Shown: positions 12,661 to 27,323, counted from the first letter of the stretch. The stretch is 64,000 nt of DNA from Lama glama (GCA_028534125.1 CM052817.1:76944001-77008000), one strand, 5' to 3'. Notes: generated by a model not told the origin, from the letters alone. Numbers and translations are program-made.

Positions 12661-13919
12661 GTGAGAACTTTTTATGTTATGATTAACCAAACAGTGTAAA
12701 AATCTTGATGACTGGACAATGAGTTCTTGTCACAATGACATCCCAAACTTCCTATAAACATTGATGAATGTGTAACACATTTTATTCTCTAATATAATCT
12801 TTATTGAGCTCAATAATGTACTTAAAGGCTTGCCAAAGTTTTAAAGTAGAAAGGATAAAAATAGATGTCACACAGTTTGAATATCCAGCAGTCAATTTGG
12901 TGGCAAATATTATTTTTTCCCCAAAGATCTTAATTGAAAAGTGTTGTTATTAACATTTCTAAAATCAAAACTAATCATGTGTTTGGAGAGTGACTGGCAA
13001 GATTTCATCAAAAGTCAAGATGGAGACATAATAAATACCTCTGGCTCGTCCAGAACTTTAGCCTCTTTCTAGCATTTTCCTGATATGGTTTATTTCTAAA
13101 CTATTTCTTACAAGGATGACTATTTTCTAGAAGTCTGTAAAGGTTGTTTGACAAGCAGAATTCCCAGACATAAACAAAACTTTGTGCTAAGAAAGGTATT
13201 TATCCATACCCAGGAGAAATCTTTTACACATTTTCTTAAACTAGTGTGCAATTTTTTCCCCATAAACTTCTTGCTTCTGTAAGAATCAATATTAAAATGA
13301 AGCCCAGCAGAAGCTTTAAAATGCCAGACATTCATGCTGTAGCCCGCATGGTAAATTATTTGGGGCTCTTCATTTCTAGCTTCACAGAAACCAGTATTCT
13401 CACCACATCCCTTCCAAAGGGGAATACACTCCCTTTCCTCATTTCTTTAGACATAATTGGGGAGAATTCTATGTAACACAGACAGTAAGTTTAGCCAGTT
13501 CATTTTCTCTTAGTCCCATTTACAAATATCAATCTGAAAACAATAATAAACATGGCAAACACTTCTCTTGTCCTTATTTCACTTGTCCTTATCTATTTAA
13601 AGTCAAGGAGCAACTAGAAAAACATTTAAACTGAAGTCTCTTCTGTGAACTCCCACTGTCATTACATTGCTCTGTTGTTAATGAGCATCTTTTCTGAAGC
13701 TTGGCATGTCAAGTTTGCTACAGAAAGCCCTGCAGGATAGGCTTCCTCTGGTGTTGCGCCAGATATGCAGATATGTTAATATCACGGTTGGATGGCAGAA
13801 TTAGTACTTGTCATCTGAAACTCAACTGGGTTTCCAAATGTGTGTTCCAATTTGTATATGATGTTTACCTTTGGAAGGGAATTTTTACCTCCTTTTCATA
13901 GAAATTGAATTTTTCCCCA

Positions 13920-14240
13920 GTTTTATAGAGGTATAATTTACATGCAGTGAAATTCACCCATTTTAAACACACAGCTTGATGAATTTTGCAAATTGTACAC
14001 AGTGGTGTAACCACTACAATACTCAAGGTTTAAAACACTTTTGTCTCCCTAAAAAGTTTCTCCATGTCTTTTTCCAATAAATTCCCCACCCCAGTCTCAG
14101 TCACAGACAACTTTCTGCCACTGCAGTTTTGCCTTTTCTAGAATTTCACATATATGGAAGCATGAAGTGTGTAATCTTTTGTGTTTGATTTCTCTCACTT
14201 AGCATAATGCTTTTGAGATTCATCTATATTGTTGTACATA
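13920..14240 (-). mobile_element. Old L1M 3'-end fragment
   Basis: GAGGTATAATTTACATGCAGTGAAATTCACC...CACTTAGCATAATGCTTTTGAGATTCATC, antisense L1 3' end. Confidence 0.75.
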
Positions 14241-14473
14241 GTGATATTTTATGAGATTATTTTTAAATAGACAAAAATATCTTCTTATATCAGTTCCATA
14301 AAAATTAAAGAGCTTCATTTTTAACTTTAGTTTTGCCAAAAGTATTTTTCTGAATAATATTGCATAGATGTATAATCATCTGGATATCCAAATTTTTTAC
14401 TGTTGAAATTAACAAAAATATAAAAACTCAAGCATTTTTTTGAATGTGTTTGTCTATGATTATGTAGTTGAGA

Positions 14474-14492
14474 CACACACACACACACACAC
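14474..14492. repeat. Short (AC)n microsatellite
   Basis: Directly visible. Confidence 0.9.
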
Positions 14493-15188
14493 AGGACAGT
14501 TTATTCAGACCCAAGAATATGTGTAGGTAAAGACAGAATCCAGAAACCACAACTTAATTTTTGTTCACAGCTTAATTTTTTGACTACTGATAATTTACAG
14601 TATACCTTTTACTGATTATGCAAATGATTAGATCATATTCATTTTCCATTTGTCTTATTAATGTTCATCATGCTATTAAAAGAGCAACAACATAATCTAA
14701 GATAGTTCTTAAAAATAAAATTCAGAAAAGAATGTTATCAGTAGATCTAAGAAAGGAATTTATCTATTTCCTTTTTTCTTACTGTAATAGCTATTCTATC
14801 TTTACAAACAATATTCTTTTCCATTTTTAAAATGCATTACTGAATTTTATCTCATTAAAATCGTAATTTTAAAAAATACCTCACTAATATTCAGATATGG
14901 AGCTATTTAGGTCCTTTCACACAGATTATCTCACTTGACCCTAGAAAAACACTGATAGCTAAGTATTTTTTTCCCCATTACACAAATAAGAAAACTAAGA
15001 CTCAGGTTAGATACTTTTCGTTCAAGTTCACAAAACTGGTAAGTGCTAGGAATAAAACCACTGATCCTAGAAGTTACCTGACTCTAAAGATCATGCTCTA
15101 GAAAGCTTTATTGTACTATAGATTTCAAGTAATGGAACATTTTTGTTTCCCAGTAAGTTTTGGATTTTGTCCCACATTTCTTCTAAGT

Positions 15189-15298
15189 CAAGGATTCTCA
15201 AACTGTGCTAAATCAGAAACTCTGGGATAGGGCCCAGTTCTCTGTATTAACAGCCCTCCAGGTGAACCTGATCCATGCTAAAGTTTGAGAACCACTGT
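15189..15298. mobile_element. MER5A-like element, internally deleted
   Basis: TIR-like ends CAAGGATTCTCAAACT ... AGTTTGAGAACCACTG with internal CCCTCCAGGTGA. Confidence 0.7.
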
Positions 15299-16184
15299 TT
15301 TAAGTCAAGCTTGTGAAGAACATTTTTCGTTCTTCATCGTGGATTGCTATGTTTCATTCCCTATAGTTATCCATGATCATAGATAAAATGTTCATTGTTT
15401 GGCTCAGATATAATCTAGGAACACTGCCTCTTCCACCTCATTGTTTTAGACAATACTGATGTTGACGGAGTTATTTTAATAATTTTTTGTTGTTGTATTG
15501 ATACAGTAGATATAAGTACAGTACTAAATAAAGCTTATCAGACAGATGAGAAAATTTAAAATTTGGTACAGATGGCAGCAAAATACTAAAACTAAGCAAA
15601 GTTAGAACAGTAATTTCTCCAAGTGAGAGAACTATTACAAGGCCATTGCTAGCTGTTGACCTGGAAGGCAATTAACACGCCCTGCTCCATCAGATTGTAT
15701 AAGAATGTAAATCACGTTAAAGTAGAGAAGTGGAAACAGAGGGTATATTTCTCCCTCAGGGATACTGAATACATAGAGTAGAAATTTTTTATTATGATCT
15801 TATAAACATAGTTACAGTTGCAACATCTGGTTAAGCACCTAAACTCAGACTGCCTTAATTTCTCCTGTAGCAATGTGACTAAGTTACAACCTTTTGCTTG
15901 TAATTTAGGCTCTAAAACACTAATTTAACAATTTAATACATTGCTCACTTTAAAAAAATCACACCCTTGTTCTCCAATTAGTCACAAATCTATATGGGTA
16001 CCTGTGATAGGCCATTCTGTTTCCAAAAATGCAAATTTTGTTAAGTTATGTGACTAAAAAAGGGCACCAATTTTTTTTTCAAATTTAGCAATTTAAACCA
16101 TTTTGACACTACTTTTTATAGGTATGTAAGCATATTCACAGTTAAACTTGTTGAAAGTTTAAATTGTCTCAAATTCAACAAGCT

Positions 16185-16382
16185 TAGTATTGTATAGCAC
16201 AGGAAACTATAGTCAATATCTTGCAGTAACCTATAATGAAAAAGATTATGAAAATGAATATATGTATGTATATGTATGACTGAACTATTATGCTATATCC
16301 CAGAAACTGCCACAACACTGTAAACTGACTATACATCAATGTAAAAAATAAATAAATTAAACAAATGAAAATGAAAAAAATT
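16185..16382 (+). mobile_element. L1 3'-end fragment
   Basis: TGTATAGCACAGGAAACTATAGTCAATATC...GTAAACTGACTATAC followed by A-rich tail. Confidence 0.85.
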
Positions 16383-16875
16383 TTAAAAAGCTTTCAGAGG
16401 CCTAGGAAGAACTTTATGGGAGAACCCAAGTATTACTTTGATAATATAATCTTGTATTAAATAATGATAGCTTTCACTTATATGATGCTTTATTAATATC
16501 AAAATATATTTAAGTACAACTTGTCTCTTCGTCCTCAGAGAAAGCCTAGGAAATAAGCACAGCAGGTGATTTCCCACTAATAAGCCAAGACAGAAAAGCT
16601 AAAAGCTAAAGTCACAGACCAAGTCAGTGACTGAGCTGAGGTCCAAAGCAGTCCTCCCAGTTCCTGCAACAGGCCTCTTTTCACATCACACTATCCCTGT
16701 ATTTTAGAATTCACTTCTTTTAAATGCTGGTTATCTATTCAATTTAATTCAAGGGGTACTTATATGTATCTGTTTGGATCATTGTAATACTTAGCTTATT
16801 AATGACTTTGAAATGCTAATAGTAGGACACTGTGTTTTCATTTAATTAATCTCCAAACCTCTGTTGTCTTTTCAG

Positions 16876-16999
16876 GAACCACTGCTTTGTATTTGTTCCT
16901 GGTTATGCATCCTTCCATCCTTAGTAACTCCCCCAGCCCAAAAACCTTTGAGGAGGTACAGTTCTTTAATAGAAATAACTACCACAGGGGGATTGATTG
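16876..16999 (+). CDS. NDST3: NDST3 coding exon (about exon 9), 124 nt, (G)[40 protein letters not shown](W)
   Basis: cttttcag acceptor, GTAAGA donor; phase 1 matches the previous exon (G|GA); FEEVQFF motif of NDST sulfotransferases. Confidence 0.96.
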
Positions 17000-19900
17000 G
17001 TAAGATGGGTTATTAGTATAAATCTAAAAGTATATGTACTGTGCACAGTATAAAATTAGCACTAATATTTAATATAAGCATACAAGTTTGTAGCCACAAA
17101 TAAACATTATCCTCTGCACCTTGAAAACTGATGGAATAACATGAAGAAGCACAAAAATTATTCATAACAAACTTTTCTCAGTTTATGAAGAGACTTGTTG
17201 CCTGAAAAGACTCACATGGAATTTCACTTTGCATTAATTATCTTTGATGGTAATCACAGATATAAAGTCAGAGAAATACCTAATACCTAGGAATTTCATT
17301 CCTCTCTACTCTTAAGAAAACACTTTCATAGCTTTCTGTTCTTGTGCCCTTTGCATTAAAGTGATGCTACAATTCACATACATAGTTGTCTACTTTGCTT
17401 TGGTACAAAAGGTAAATAAACAGAACTAGAAATATGTAGGTATTTCATGAGTAGTAGGAGCTATCAAAAAGCTATCAACACTATACAAAATTTAATTTTT
17501 GGCCTTGAAATGAGAAACACATCAACCATCTTAGGAGAAGAGTTAAATTAAAATTAAAAGTTAAAATGTCAAATACACACAAAACATATTAATATAGTAC
17601 GAAGAGGTGTGGCAAACAAACATGTTAATCATAAATGTATCTAGAAGTCTTTCTGTTAAGGTATAAATTCTGGGCAGAAAGTGGTATAAAAGAGTAAATT
17701 CTTATAATAATTCTAGAGTATGAGCATACACATTTTGCATGTAGTTTAGCAGAAAGGTGTTCTATATTAGCCCCTCTTGTCAAATTGTATGATCTCTATT
17801 TTATACATATCAACCCCTTGAAGGTTTGCTTGTCAGTAGTCCAAAGGCAAAGCTAAAGAAATGGACTGAGTATAATCTGAGTACCTACTAGGATTTACAT
17901 ACATTTTAATTCTTACGTATTTCTGTGCCAGTTCTTCAGGACAGTGCTTGACACTGATTAATTGGGTGGTGTTAAGCAACAGCTGTGAGAATCAAGAAAC
18001 CATCAACTGCTTCAGCTGCTGTTTGCCCACTGACTCAAATATATATGCTTGTATATAGTAGAATAAAATGATGTTAACATCAGGACTAAAGGGGGTGATT
18101 AAAACCTGCTTTAGAAGTGGAGAGGAATGCAATGCTACTTGGATTCCCTAGGACTTAAGAATATCTCTGAGAATATTCAATTTTTTTTAAAAAGCTGTTC
18201 ATAAGCCAGTGATAGGTATAGGCACTGTAACAGGAACAGAAAGTCCTTTAAGCAGTTTACAAAGAAATGGCATAAGAACGTTGAAAGCAAAAGAGCAATG
18301 AAAGATTTTAATTACAAATCACTAAAAACATCCTAACTGCAAATACTTTTGATTGGCAAATTATATGTTTAATAAAAGGCAAATAACATGAATAACAAGT
18401 AATAGTAACTGCAAATGTCAGTCTATTAGCAATAACTACAGCTTTGCTCTCAAGGACACCAAATGTATCCACTGTCCTCTGGCTGGCCTTGCCTCTCTAT
18501 GAAGCATCAGCCCCTCAGCAGTCCCTTTAGGAAGACAGAGCCACAGGGTTGGATATTGTGTGTCTCTTTGTGCCAGGGCCACTTACAGAATTAGCCTAGG
18601 CACAGTAAATCTGGAGACAAGGATCTTTTCTTGGAGAATCGGGTAGAATCAGGGCTGCCTTAACTAATAGGCAGCCTAAACACAGGGTTAGGGCACAAGC
18701 AAAGCAGGGCAAATGAAAATGAGAAAACTCCATCTTTGATAAAATAGCTAAGATTTGTGATCAGGATTCCTAAGAAAATGTTTGTTTGATGCGAACAGTT
18801 AAATTTTCTATTTTTACAGTTTGGTATTATTTCTTATAATTACATGTGGATGCAGTGGCAGGTTGGAGTGATATAGAGAGAGCCATCAAATCCTGTTAAC
18901 ATTTAGGACCTCTAAACATCTTAATCTGGCTTTGAGTAAAATCACTTGGAAATACAGGGTCAACCTAAGAAATAAATAAGTGTGGAATGTTGCAAAAATC
19001 ACATCTTTCAGTTAAAAAAAAATGCTGAGGTACTATGGGAGTAGCAAATGAGGCAGGCATTTACTTTTGACACCCAAAATTTTAAACCACTCTGGTTTGC
19101 TCACCAGTTCTTTGAGTAACCTGAATTCACATTCTCCACATGTGGACCCATTTCCACCCTGGAGATAGGAAGCTGAACTCTTTTTATTTTCTTATTTATT
19201 CATCAGACATTTTTCAAGAGTCTATAAGTACCAGCCACTATACTAGAAAAACATGAGCACACAAGCAGACAAGAACTGGACCCTGCTTTCTCTGTGAGCC
19301 TCTGGCCCAGGGGAAAACCAGTACATTATAGGTCCAAGATCCAGAAATGCATGATGTTTTCAAGGCCTAAAGTATTGTAGATATTGAGGACTACTGGGAA
19401 CAGTTTTTTAAAATTAAAAATTAACTGAATTCAGTACCTTCTGCCCTTCTTTTGTGATTTTTGGAGCCTTTCTCAGAATAAGCAAGACTGAGACAAGCCT
19501 GTACCAAATAAGATACCACCAGACATTTGGTATGACCTTAGCACCCCTGGAACCAGTGTGGGCATCTAAAAAGTATCCTGATACTTGGCACTTTCTACAA
19601 ATAGAATATACACCAGAACAGACAGCAGATCAAACTTTGCAAAAATTTTTGTGCATGTCTTTACCCTAAAAGAAAAGGACTCCAGAATGACATATCACCA
19701 ATAAAGCAATTTCCAGAAAACATAAAAGGATTTCTGTACTGCCCTGAGTTTCAAGATATCACTTTGTTGTACCAGTCAAACTCTGTAATATGACAACTGG
19801 AATCCTACTAGAAGCTTTACTATGTGACTGAAAGAAAACAGCACACTGCAAAAAGAAGTCATCACATAAATGTTAATGACACTCATTCAGTAATTATTGA

Positions 19901-20879
19901 ACTACCTTATCTTCGTAGCCCAAAATCTTAGTGGCTTATGAATTGAAGAGGGTGTGGGTGGAGGGTGAGGCCATTATCATAAAATGTAAGGAATATCGAA
20001 GTTAAATTTGCATGTTCTCTCTAATAAGGCCCCTTTTCCTCTGAAAGATTTTCCTTGGTGCTTCAGAAATACCTATTATCATATGCTGAATTCTTTTATA
20101 TTTGACATTTTACACAAATAGAATATTATATAAAATCTATTATGTCCTACATTTCTGTGCTTGAGGCCACAGGTATTCCTGTGTTCACTCTGCTGGTGAT
20201 TTGAATTCTGACGTCAGTTAAGGATACAGGATCTGACCTTGGAAATTTTGATAGGATTTTCATCTGGAAATATGTACATACTTTTTAAAATTTATAATTA
20301 TTCTAAAGGATATAAATGGCTTTACATGGAAAAAATTAACCAAATAGACAGTGTTTATACCAGATCTGGTCTGCACTTCGGTACTTTATAGTTGAATGTA
20401 GCAGTAGCATAATACATTAGTAGGAATGAAATTATTTTACTTGTGATGAATTAAAAAAAATGTTTTGTCTAAGTTCTTTTAAAGTGCCTTTGAACTGTAC
20501 ATATCATTTGTTTTGATCAAGTTTTCTTTTTGGTTGAGCACTCATATTTTTTTCTGTTAAACAGTTCTGTATTTAGATCCATTTTATACAGCTAGACTGA
20601 TTATTGCAGTTTGATCATTCTGCATCTACATTTTCGTTCTCATACCTTTCTTCCTGATATTAAGCAGAGAAGAAAATGTATTTAGGAAAGCATTTTCAAA
20701 ACACATTATTAGTGTTCCTGTATATTTTTTCCTTGTTAACTATGTGGGACAAATGCCTTAAAGAAAAAGGCTTTTGTTTAGGAAACAAATGAATTTGTTT
20801 GTGGGACACCTTTAACATCTTCAGTTACAGAGTATGAATATAAACCAGAGTCTTATTTCGAGAAATATTCCTTTTCTAG

Positions 20880-21054
20880 GTATATGGATTTCTTCCCTGT
20901 CCCATCTAATGTTACCACTGACTTTCTGTTCGAGAAGAGTGCCAATTACTTCCACTCAGAGGAAGCTCCTAAAAGAGCAGCTTCTCTGGTCCCCAAAGCC
21001 AAGATCATCACCATTCTCATTGACCCATCAGACCGAGCATATTCCTGGTACCAG
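20880..21054 (+). CDS. NDST3: NDST3 coding exon (about exon 10), 175 nt, [10 protein letters not shown]...FEKSANYF...[14 protein letters not shown]
   Basis: cttttctag acceptor, GTAAGG donor; phase 2 completes TG|G; contains the 3'-phosphate-binding motif DRAYSWY. Confidence 0.97.
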
Positions 21055-21439
21055 GTAAGGAAAATACAGACAGAATACAGCATGTAGAAGCGGAGTATGG
21101 AGAAGATAGTTTTCAGCAGTAGCCACCACCTTAGGATTTAATAAAAGAGAAGATTTGCTAGTTTATATCTGCAGAAACGTGAATAATTTTTTCTCTGTTT
21201 CTGTGGTGAAACTTTCTCCTTAAGTTTTTATTAATTTTTCATTTATTTAATAAATGCAATGAAGAAATGAAAATAAAGCAAACAAAATATTATATACTTG
21301 TACACATACCTGTGCTTCTGTACATCTGCATTTGAAAAGTAAAATGTAACCTAAAATTATTATTTTCATCTAATATGTGTAATGCTGCTTTTATTATCTC
21401 AATTGACAGATGAGGAATATAACTGATTCCCCAAAGCAG

Positions 21440-21648
21440 AAGTCACAGGTTTTTTTCTGAAAAGGACCAGAGAGTAAATATTTCAGGTTTCACAGGCCAC
21501 GTGGTTGCAACTGTGCCATTTTATTGCAAAAGCAGCCATAGAAAATATGTAAATGAATGACTTTAGCTGTCTTCCAATGAAACTTTATTTATGAAAACAA
21601 ACAGCAAGCCAAATTTAGCCCATGGGCCACACAGATTGATGACCTTGA
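21440..21648. mobile_element. MER58A-like hAT element
   Basis: GACCAGAGAGTAAATATTTCAGG...AAAGCAGCCATAGA...AAACTTTATTTATGAAAACA...CCCATGGGCCAC. Confidence 0.7.
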
Positions 21649-21769
21649 GTCTAAAAGAACTTAAATAACTACTTGTACTCAATAAATAACTTAATAGCAA
21701 AACTAAATATAAGAAAATATAGGAATTCTCCGAAAGATGATGTGGTGTGTGTGCATGCACTCAAACACA

Positions 21770-22170
21770 CACAATGGAATATTATTCAGCTGTAAAAAAA
21801 AGAATGAAATAATGCCATTTACAACAACATGGATGGATGTAGACATTATCATACTAAATGAAGTAAACTGGATGGAGAAAGACAAATATCATATGATATC
21901 ACTTATATGTGGAATCTAAAACAATGACACAAATGAACTTATTAACAGAAGATACAGACTCACAGACATAAAAAACAAACTTATGGTTACCAAAGGGAAA
22001 CAAGGGGGAGGGATAAATTAGGAGTATAGAATTAACAGATACACACCACTATATATAAAATAGATAAACAATAAGGATTTACTGTATAGCACAGGGAACT
22101 ATATTTAATATCTTGTACAGCTATAATGGAAAAGAATCTGAAAAAGGATACAAAAAATAAATATATATAT
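21770..22170 (+). mobile_element. L1 fragment (ORF2 end and 3'UTR)
   Basis: Encodes NEIMPFTTTWMDVDIIILNEV, followed by L1 3'UTR motifs. Confidence 0.88.
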
Positions 22171-23212
22171 GAACTTGTCATACTGAAAGCCCACCCATTG
22201 TCCCCTGTTCTAAGCCTCTTTCTTATATATTCATTGCTGTTATATTTCTGATGTTGGTCAGAACCTAGCACAGAAACAATCACTCTGAAATAATTTAACA
22301 GACTCTAATCATAATACTTGTACATCAAATACATTTTTATTTTAATAAATCATTAAAAAAAACATGAAAAAACTGTCCTAGTGATATTTTATTAATCATC
22401 AAATGGAAAAAGTTCAATAAAAAGCAGTCAGAATTAAATATAAGAACATAACAAAATTAATAGTCAGTGTCTTTAGTGTTTAGGATCCTTAATTATCATT
22501 CGTGTTATGTAATTTAAAAACCACCTTCCTAATGTCCATGTGTTCATCCATTCATTCAATTATTTTAATGACCACCTTGTGCAAAGTATTGTTCTAAGTG
22601 TGATTTGAAGGTAAATTAATAAATATGGATGCGGTGCTCAAGATTGCCTTCAGTCTAATTGGAGAAATATGTAAAAATAACCAGTGTATAAATCAGAAAG
22701 AATTAAGTGACAGACTTCTACAGAGTGATAAAGCCCACCCAATAAAGACCACCAGGCACACAAGTTAGGTATATTAACAGGCTGCAGCAGAGGAGCCTGA
22801 ACACTAGAAGAACTATTGGGCATTTCCTTAAAAAAGGGAAGGATTTGTAAGGGGGAAAATTTAGGTAAAATTAAATTGGAATATTTGATAGCACAAGCAG
22901 GGCTGTGTGTCCAGGGGTTATAGGGAGGTCAGGGCTGAAAAGTAGACGAAGGGTCCTATTTCCTTGGAAACTATAAAGTTAAGATAAATGCGGAATGTTA
23001 TGTCCAAAAATCTCTTATCTGAAACTGCACAGGGGTTGCAAAAAAGGCTGCTTCTCTGTATCAAAGTGACCCACAAAGGTCTGATCCTCCAGGCAAGAGC
23101 AGGAGGTTCCATCCTCACTGATTTCAAACATCTCCATCCCTGACAGTCAATATTAGAGAATAAAGTTTCTCAGCATGGGGTCCTTTTGTTATTTAACAAA
23201 AGCAGTTTTTCC

Positions 23213-23523
23213 ACAGAAACAGACTCACAGACATACAGAACAAACTTATGGTTACCAGGGAAGAAAGGGGGTGGGAAGGCATAAACTGGGAATTTGGGAT
23301 TTGCAGATACCAACTACTATATATAAAATAGATAAAAAATGAGCTTCTTCTGTATAGCACAGGGAACTATAGTCAATATCTGGTAGTAACCTATAATAAA
23401 AAAGAATATGAAAAGGAATATATGTATGTATATGCATGACTGAAACATTATGCTATACACCAGAAATTCACACCATATTGTAAACTGATTATACTTAAAA
23501 AAAAAATGTTAAAAAAAAAAAAA
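23213..23523 (+). mobile_element. L1 3'-end fragment with poly(A) and degenerate TSD
   Basis: L1 3'UTR motifs; flanks AAAAGCAGTTTTTCCA and AAAACCAGTTTCTCCA. Confidence 0.88.
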
Positions 23524-24781
23524 CCAGTTTCTCCAGGTTCACAAAAGAAAGAAGATTGTCAGGAAAGGTTTTGTGGCTGGGACAGAGTGGGAAAAGGTCA
23601 TATAAAGCAAATGGGATCTTAGATAGGCATGTTGATAATAATCTGCATAATAGGGAATGAGACATCCCGGAAAGCCAAAATCACGATTCCACACTAATCA
23701 GTCATGCCAAACTCCTGGAGCCATCAAGTCAAAAATACAGCAAATTGCAAACTGACTGATTTGATCTTGCACCTTTTACCTTTTCCACTGGGTATCTGGA
23801 GAAAAGAGAAATAAGCCCTAATTGACTCAAAGAGAAAGAAGAAAATTGGAGTGTGGTAACCACTTAGCCTTGAAAAATTGAGAATTTGCTGAAAAAGGAA
23901 TTTCAGGGCTGCAAGCTAACAAATGTCCTAAATATTACAAATAAATCACTCCACAGTGGCAAAACGCAGGCCTTAACAAAGTCTAGTAGAGTTTGTATTA
24001 TAGTAATTTGAATCTCAATTGCGGCAAATTTGCTATTCAACTCAATGTGGTAAACATCCACAAACCCACCACTAAGCCTGAATATTTATTGGTCAATTTA
24101 GGGAAAAGGTGATTTCCTCAAACCCCTGGGCCTTAGCCTGAGCCATTATGAAACACTTTCCTATTTGGATTGCTGCTTTCTGCATTTTCTGTACAATAAG
24201 TGATTCTGATTCATCGCAAAGGTTACCATTAGGTAAAATAACCTTGGCTTTTAGATGCTAGGTAGTACCTGATAAAAGCTGTGGATTTCAGATAATGAGC
24301 ATGTCAGAGTTTTCAGTAGTTTCTCCATTTATATGGCTGATAGGGCTTTTCTAATCTAAAACTGCATTACTAGATGGAGCAAACTGTCTGGCAGAACTGG
24401 TAGAGTACTCTGTGCATTAAGGATATTCACTGGACATAATAAATGATTTCTTATGGGCCGAAAAGAGGGCATTAATGCAACTTTCAAAAGTTTACTTGCA
24501 GAATAAAATATATACAATAAAGAAATGACTCCGTAAAATTGGTGAAGGAATCCTTATCAGGAATTCCACCTCAACCAAATAGTTCTCAAAAATATGTTCT
24601 CATCAGTGTCATAACTTTAAGTCCTGATGCTCCAAGCAAACATTTCCATCCTTTATTAATTGCAAAACAAATAACTCTCCAGCCGAGAGGCACTCCTTCC
24701 TTTAGCTTTGTGACTTTGTTGGTTTTTAATTATTTATACCTAGGGTTCAAGTTAGTTTCATTATCCACCTTTTCATCATAG

Positions 24782-24952
24782 CACCAGCGATCACATGAAG
24801 ACCCCGCAGCTCTGAAGTTCAGCTTCTACGAAGTGATCTCAGCCGGGCCCCGTGCACCCTCCGAGCTTAGAGCCTTGCAGAAGAGATGCTTGGTCCCAGG
24901 GTGGTATGCCAGCCACATCGAGAGATGGCTTGTTTATTTCCCTCCCTTTCAG
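24782..24952 (+). CDS. NDST3: NDST3 coding exon (about exon 11), 171 nt, [22 protein letters not shown]...[22 protein letters not shown]
   Basis: tttcatcatag acceptor, GTATTG donor, phase 0/0, open frame with the NDST motif CLVPGWY. Confidence 0.96.
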
Positions 24953-25457
24953 GTATTGAGCAATAAGAATTTACATCATGTTACAATCTCATTAAGTTGA
25001 TGACTTTGCCTCTAGGAGAGAGGAAATTTTTACTCAATAAAACATTACTAGCTTTTACTCTTTAGTTGTAAATGAGACCCTGGCAAAGAATATCAGCAGA
25101 GGTAAAAAAAAAATAAAAAACTATCTAATTTTCTCCCTAGAAGTATTTCAGGGTAATTCTCCCTGTCCTATTTTCTAGTGCATACCTTTCCTGATTGTAA
25201 AGAGATTCAGAAGCGTGATATTCCTGATTCTTATTCTGAGAATAAAGCTTGAGAATCTCTTAACAAGGCAAACACTGTTTTGCTTAATTAAGTGCCATTA
25301 TTTCCCTTTGAATCACATTGCTGAATTTTTCATAAGTCCTCTGTTTTTCTTGGCTTCCCTGCTTCCCTCTTTTGCCTAGATTACAAAATTAGCCCCTACA
25401 TTGGATTGCATAAAGCAGTCCAGTCACATCAGTCATGGGGTATGCCTATGTGTCTAG

Positions 25458-25650
25458 AACCATGCTATCCAAAGTGATACCATATATGCAACCATATATG
25501 GCTATTTAAATTTTTATTAAAATTATATAAAATTAAAAATTAAGTTCCTCAATCACATTAGCCCTATTTCAAATGCTCAGTAGTGATCTGTTAGTCACCA
25601 CAGCTGGAGAACATGTTCATCATCGCAGAAAATTCTATTGAACAATGTTG
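25458..25650 (-). mobile_element. MER3-like hAT element
   Basis: GGCTATTTAAATTTTTATTAAAATT...GTTCCTCAATCACATTAGC...CATCATCGCAGAAAATTCTATTGAACA. Confidence 0.7.
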
Positions 25651-26326
25651 GTATAAACTAAATAGAAATATTGGAGAAGAGGTATAAGCAAGAATTGCCT
25701 TCCAAGCTTTATGGTCCTCCATCCAGGCTCCTGGCATTTTATCTTGCTTAGTTCATCCCCTTTCTTCATCAGAGTAATAAGCAAATTCCTACTTTAAGTC
25801 TGTTGAGGAACTTATGTTCCCTTTCAGGTTCTCTGGGAGTCTTATCTTTTACTCCAAATGGATTATCAAAGCTTTCTAAAAACTTTACAGTGCTTCTCCT
25901 TCGAATGGAAACATAGAAAATGTCCTCGGTCTCACTGTACCTGGTCTTATAACCTCTCGTTTCCTACAATGCTCCTTCCCGACTTGAATCTTTTTTTTGG
26001 TCTCTTTTTAAACTTGGTTTCCACTTGTGCTTTTGTAGTCCCAATTCTTAAGTTCTCTTGGTACCTTCAAATGGCTTTTTTGTTTTCATTGTGTTTGCAG
26101 GACTCCTCAGAGTACAAAACATGAGTGCATTTCATTAGTGTGATTTATTTTTTATTCCAGGTCATTAATGAGGATGGCCTGGTTATGTCTTAAAAACAAC
26201 GCATGCAAATCCCCTTGGTACAGTGTCTCTCGCTGAATAAATTCAGAGTGCAGAATTTTTTTTATTGTACGGTGACATGTCTTTTTTCAATGTGCATTGT
26301 CTTTTTTTATTTCCTTTGTAATTTAG

Positions 26327-26436
26327 TTGCTAATTATCGATGGACAACAGCTAAGAACTGATCCTGCTACTGTGATGGATGAAGTCCAGAAGTTTCTAGG
26401 CGTTTCTCCTCATTATAATTACTCAGAAGCTTTAAC
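26327..26436 (+). CDS. NDST3: NDST3 coding exon (about exon 12), 110 nt, [36 protein letters not shown](T)
   Basis: Polypyrimidine tract with atttag acceptor, GTAAGT donor; ends in phase 2 (AC|). Confidence 0.96.
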
Positions 26437-27284
26437 GTAAGTTTATATTCTAATTAATTTATTGAAGTTTCAGCAGAGACCTGATTTTCAAGAAACTGTA
26501 GTTTGGTGATGCAACTGTTGAGTTAGCTGTTCCTTACCTCCTGATAATTTTCCAGTTGACCTTAACCACTTGGGAAAGAACATTTCAACAGTGTGGCAAA
26601 GAAATGTCCAAAATCCTCTATTGATTTCTAACTATGAAAGATTTCCCCTGGAAGGAAAGTAGAGGAACAAAACTGTTGTAACTCTTAAGACTACAACTAA
26701 CCTTGTAAGAGGCTACTTAAAATAAGTCTGAGTCTATTTAAAAGACAACACTGGGACGTCTTGGAAGAATAAAAAGGTGATTTATGAACTCCTCTCTCTT
26801 ACGTGTAATTTTCAAAAACAATGTCATACAGCAAGAAATAGTCCAATAGATGACTGACACAAATGTGCTATGGTTACTCTTACACATTCTTGCATTGTTT
26901 CCTTGTCTACCCACTGTAGGTCTGACCCTGTCAGGCCTCAGCGGCTTCAGCTCCGGTTTGGTTTTCTTTCACTGGTTCCCTCTTAATTTCCTAGGTAATC
27001 AACTCTCATCTGGGTGGGGACCAGGGTGAGGCAAGAGAGGCACTAGGATTTAAGCAGGCACTCCCTGTCAGGACTCCACAGATGCCTGAGATTACTCCAC
27101 AGATTACCTCACCTTAATCCTCACTCTGGACTTGATCTGGCATTTTACATCAGACCTCCACCTTGTTTTGTCCATTTATAATGGTTGCCAATCAGTTACG
27201 AGGGTGCCTTTGTTCCTATTTCATATGCAACTGGAACAAGTTAACTGTTAGATCCTGAGTTGGACGAGCAGTGGGCCTGGCTCT

Positions 27285-27291
<7 letters not shown>

Positions 27292-27323
<32 letters not shown>
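27292..27323. repeat. (AT)16 microsatellite
   Basis: Directly visible. Confidence 0.97.

Noticed and set aside
17037..17050. 14-bp palindrome TACTGTGCACAGTA near an NDST3 donor
   Set aside because: About 64000/4^7 = 4 expected by chance in this window.
18653..18676. 8-bp hairpin GGCTGCCT-8nt-AGGCAGCC
   Set aside because: Short, lies in what looks like an old DNA-transposon end, and is within chance expectation.
22725..23200. Possible ERV LTR fragment
   Set aside because: Family and boundaries cannot be supported from the sequence alone.
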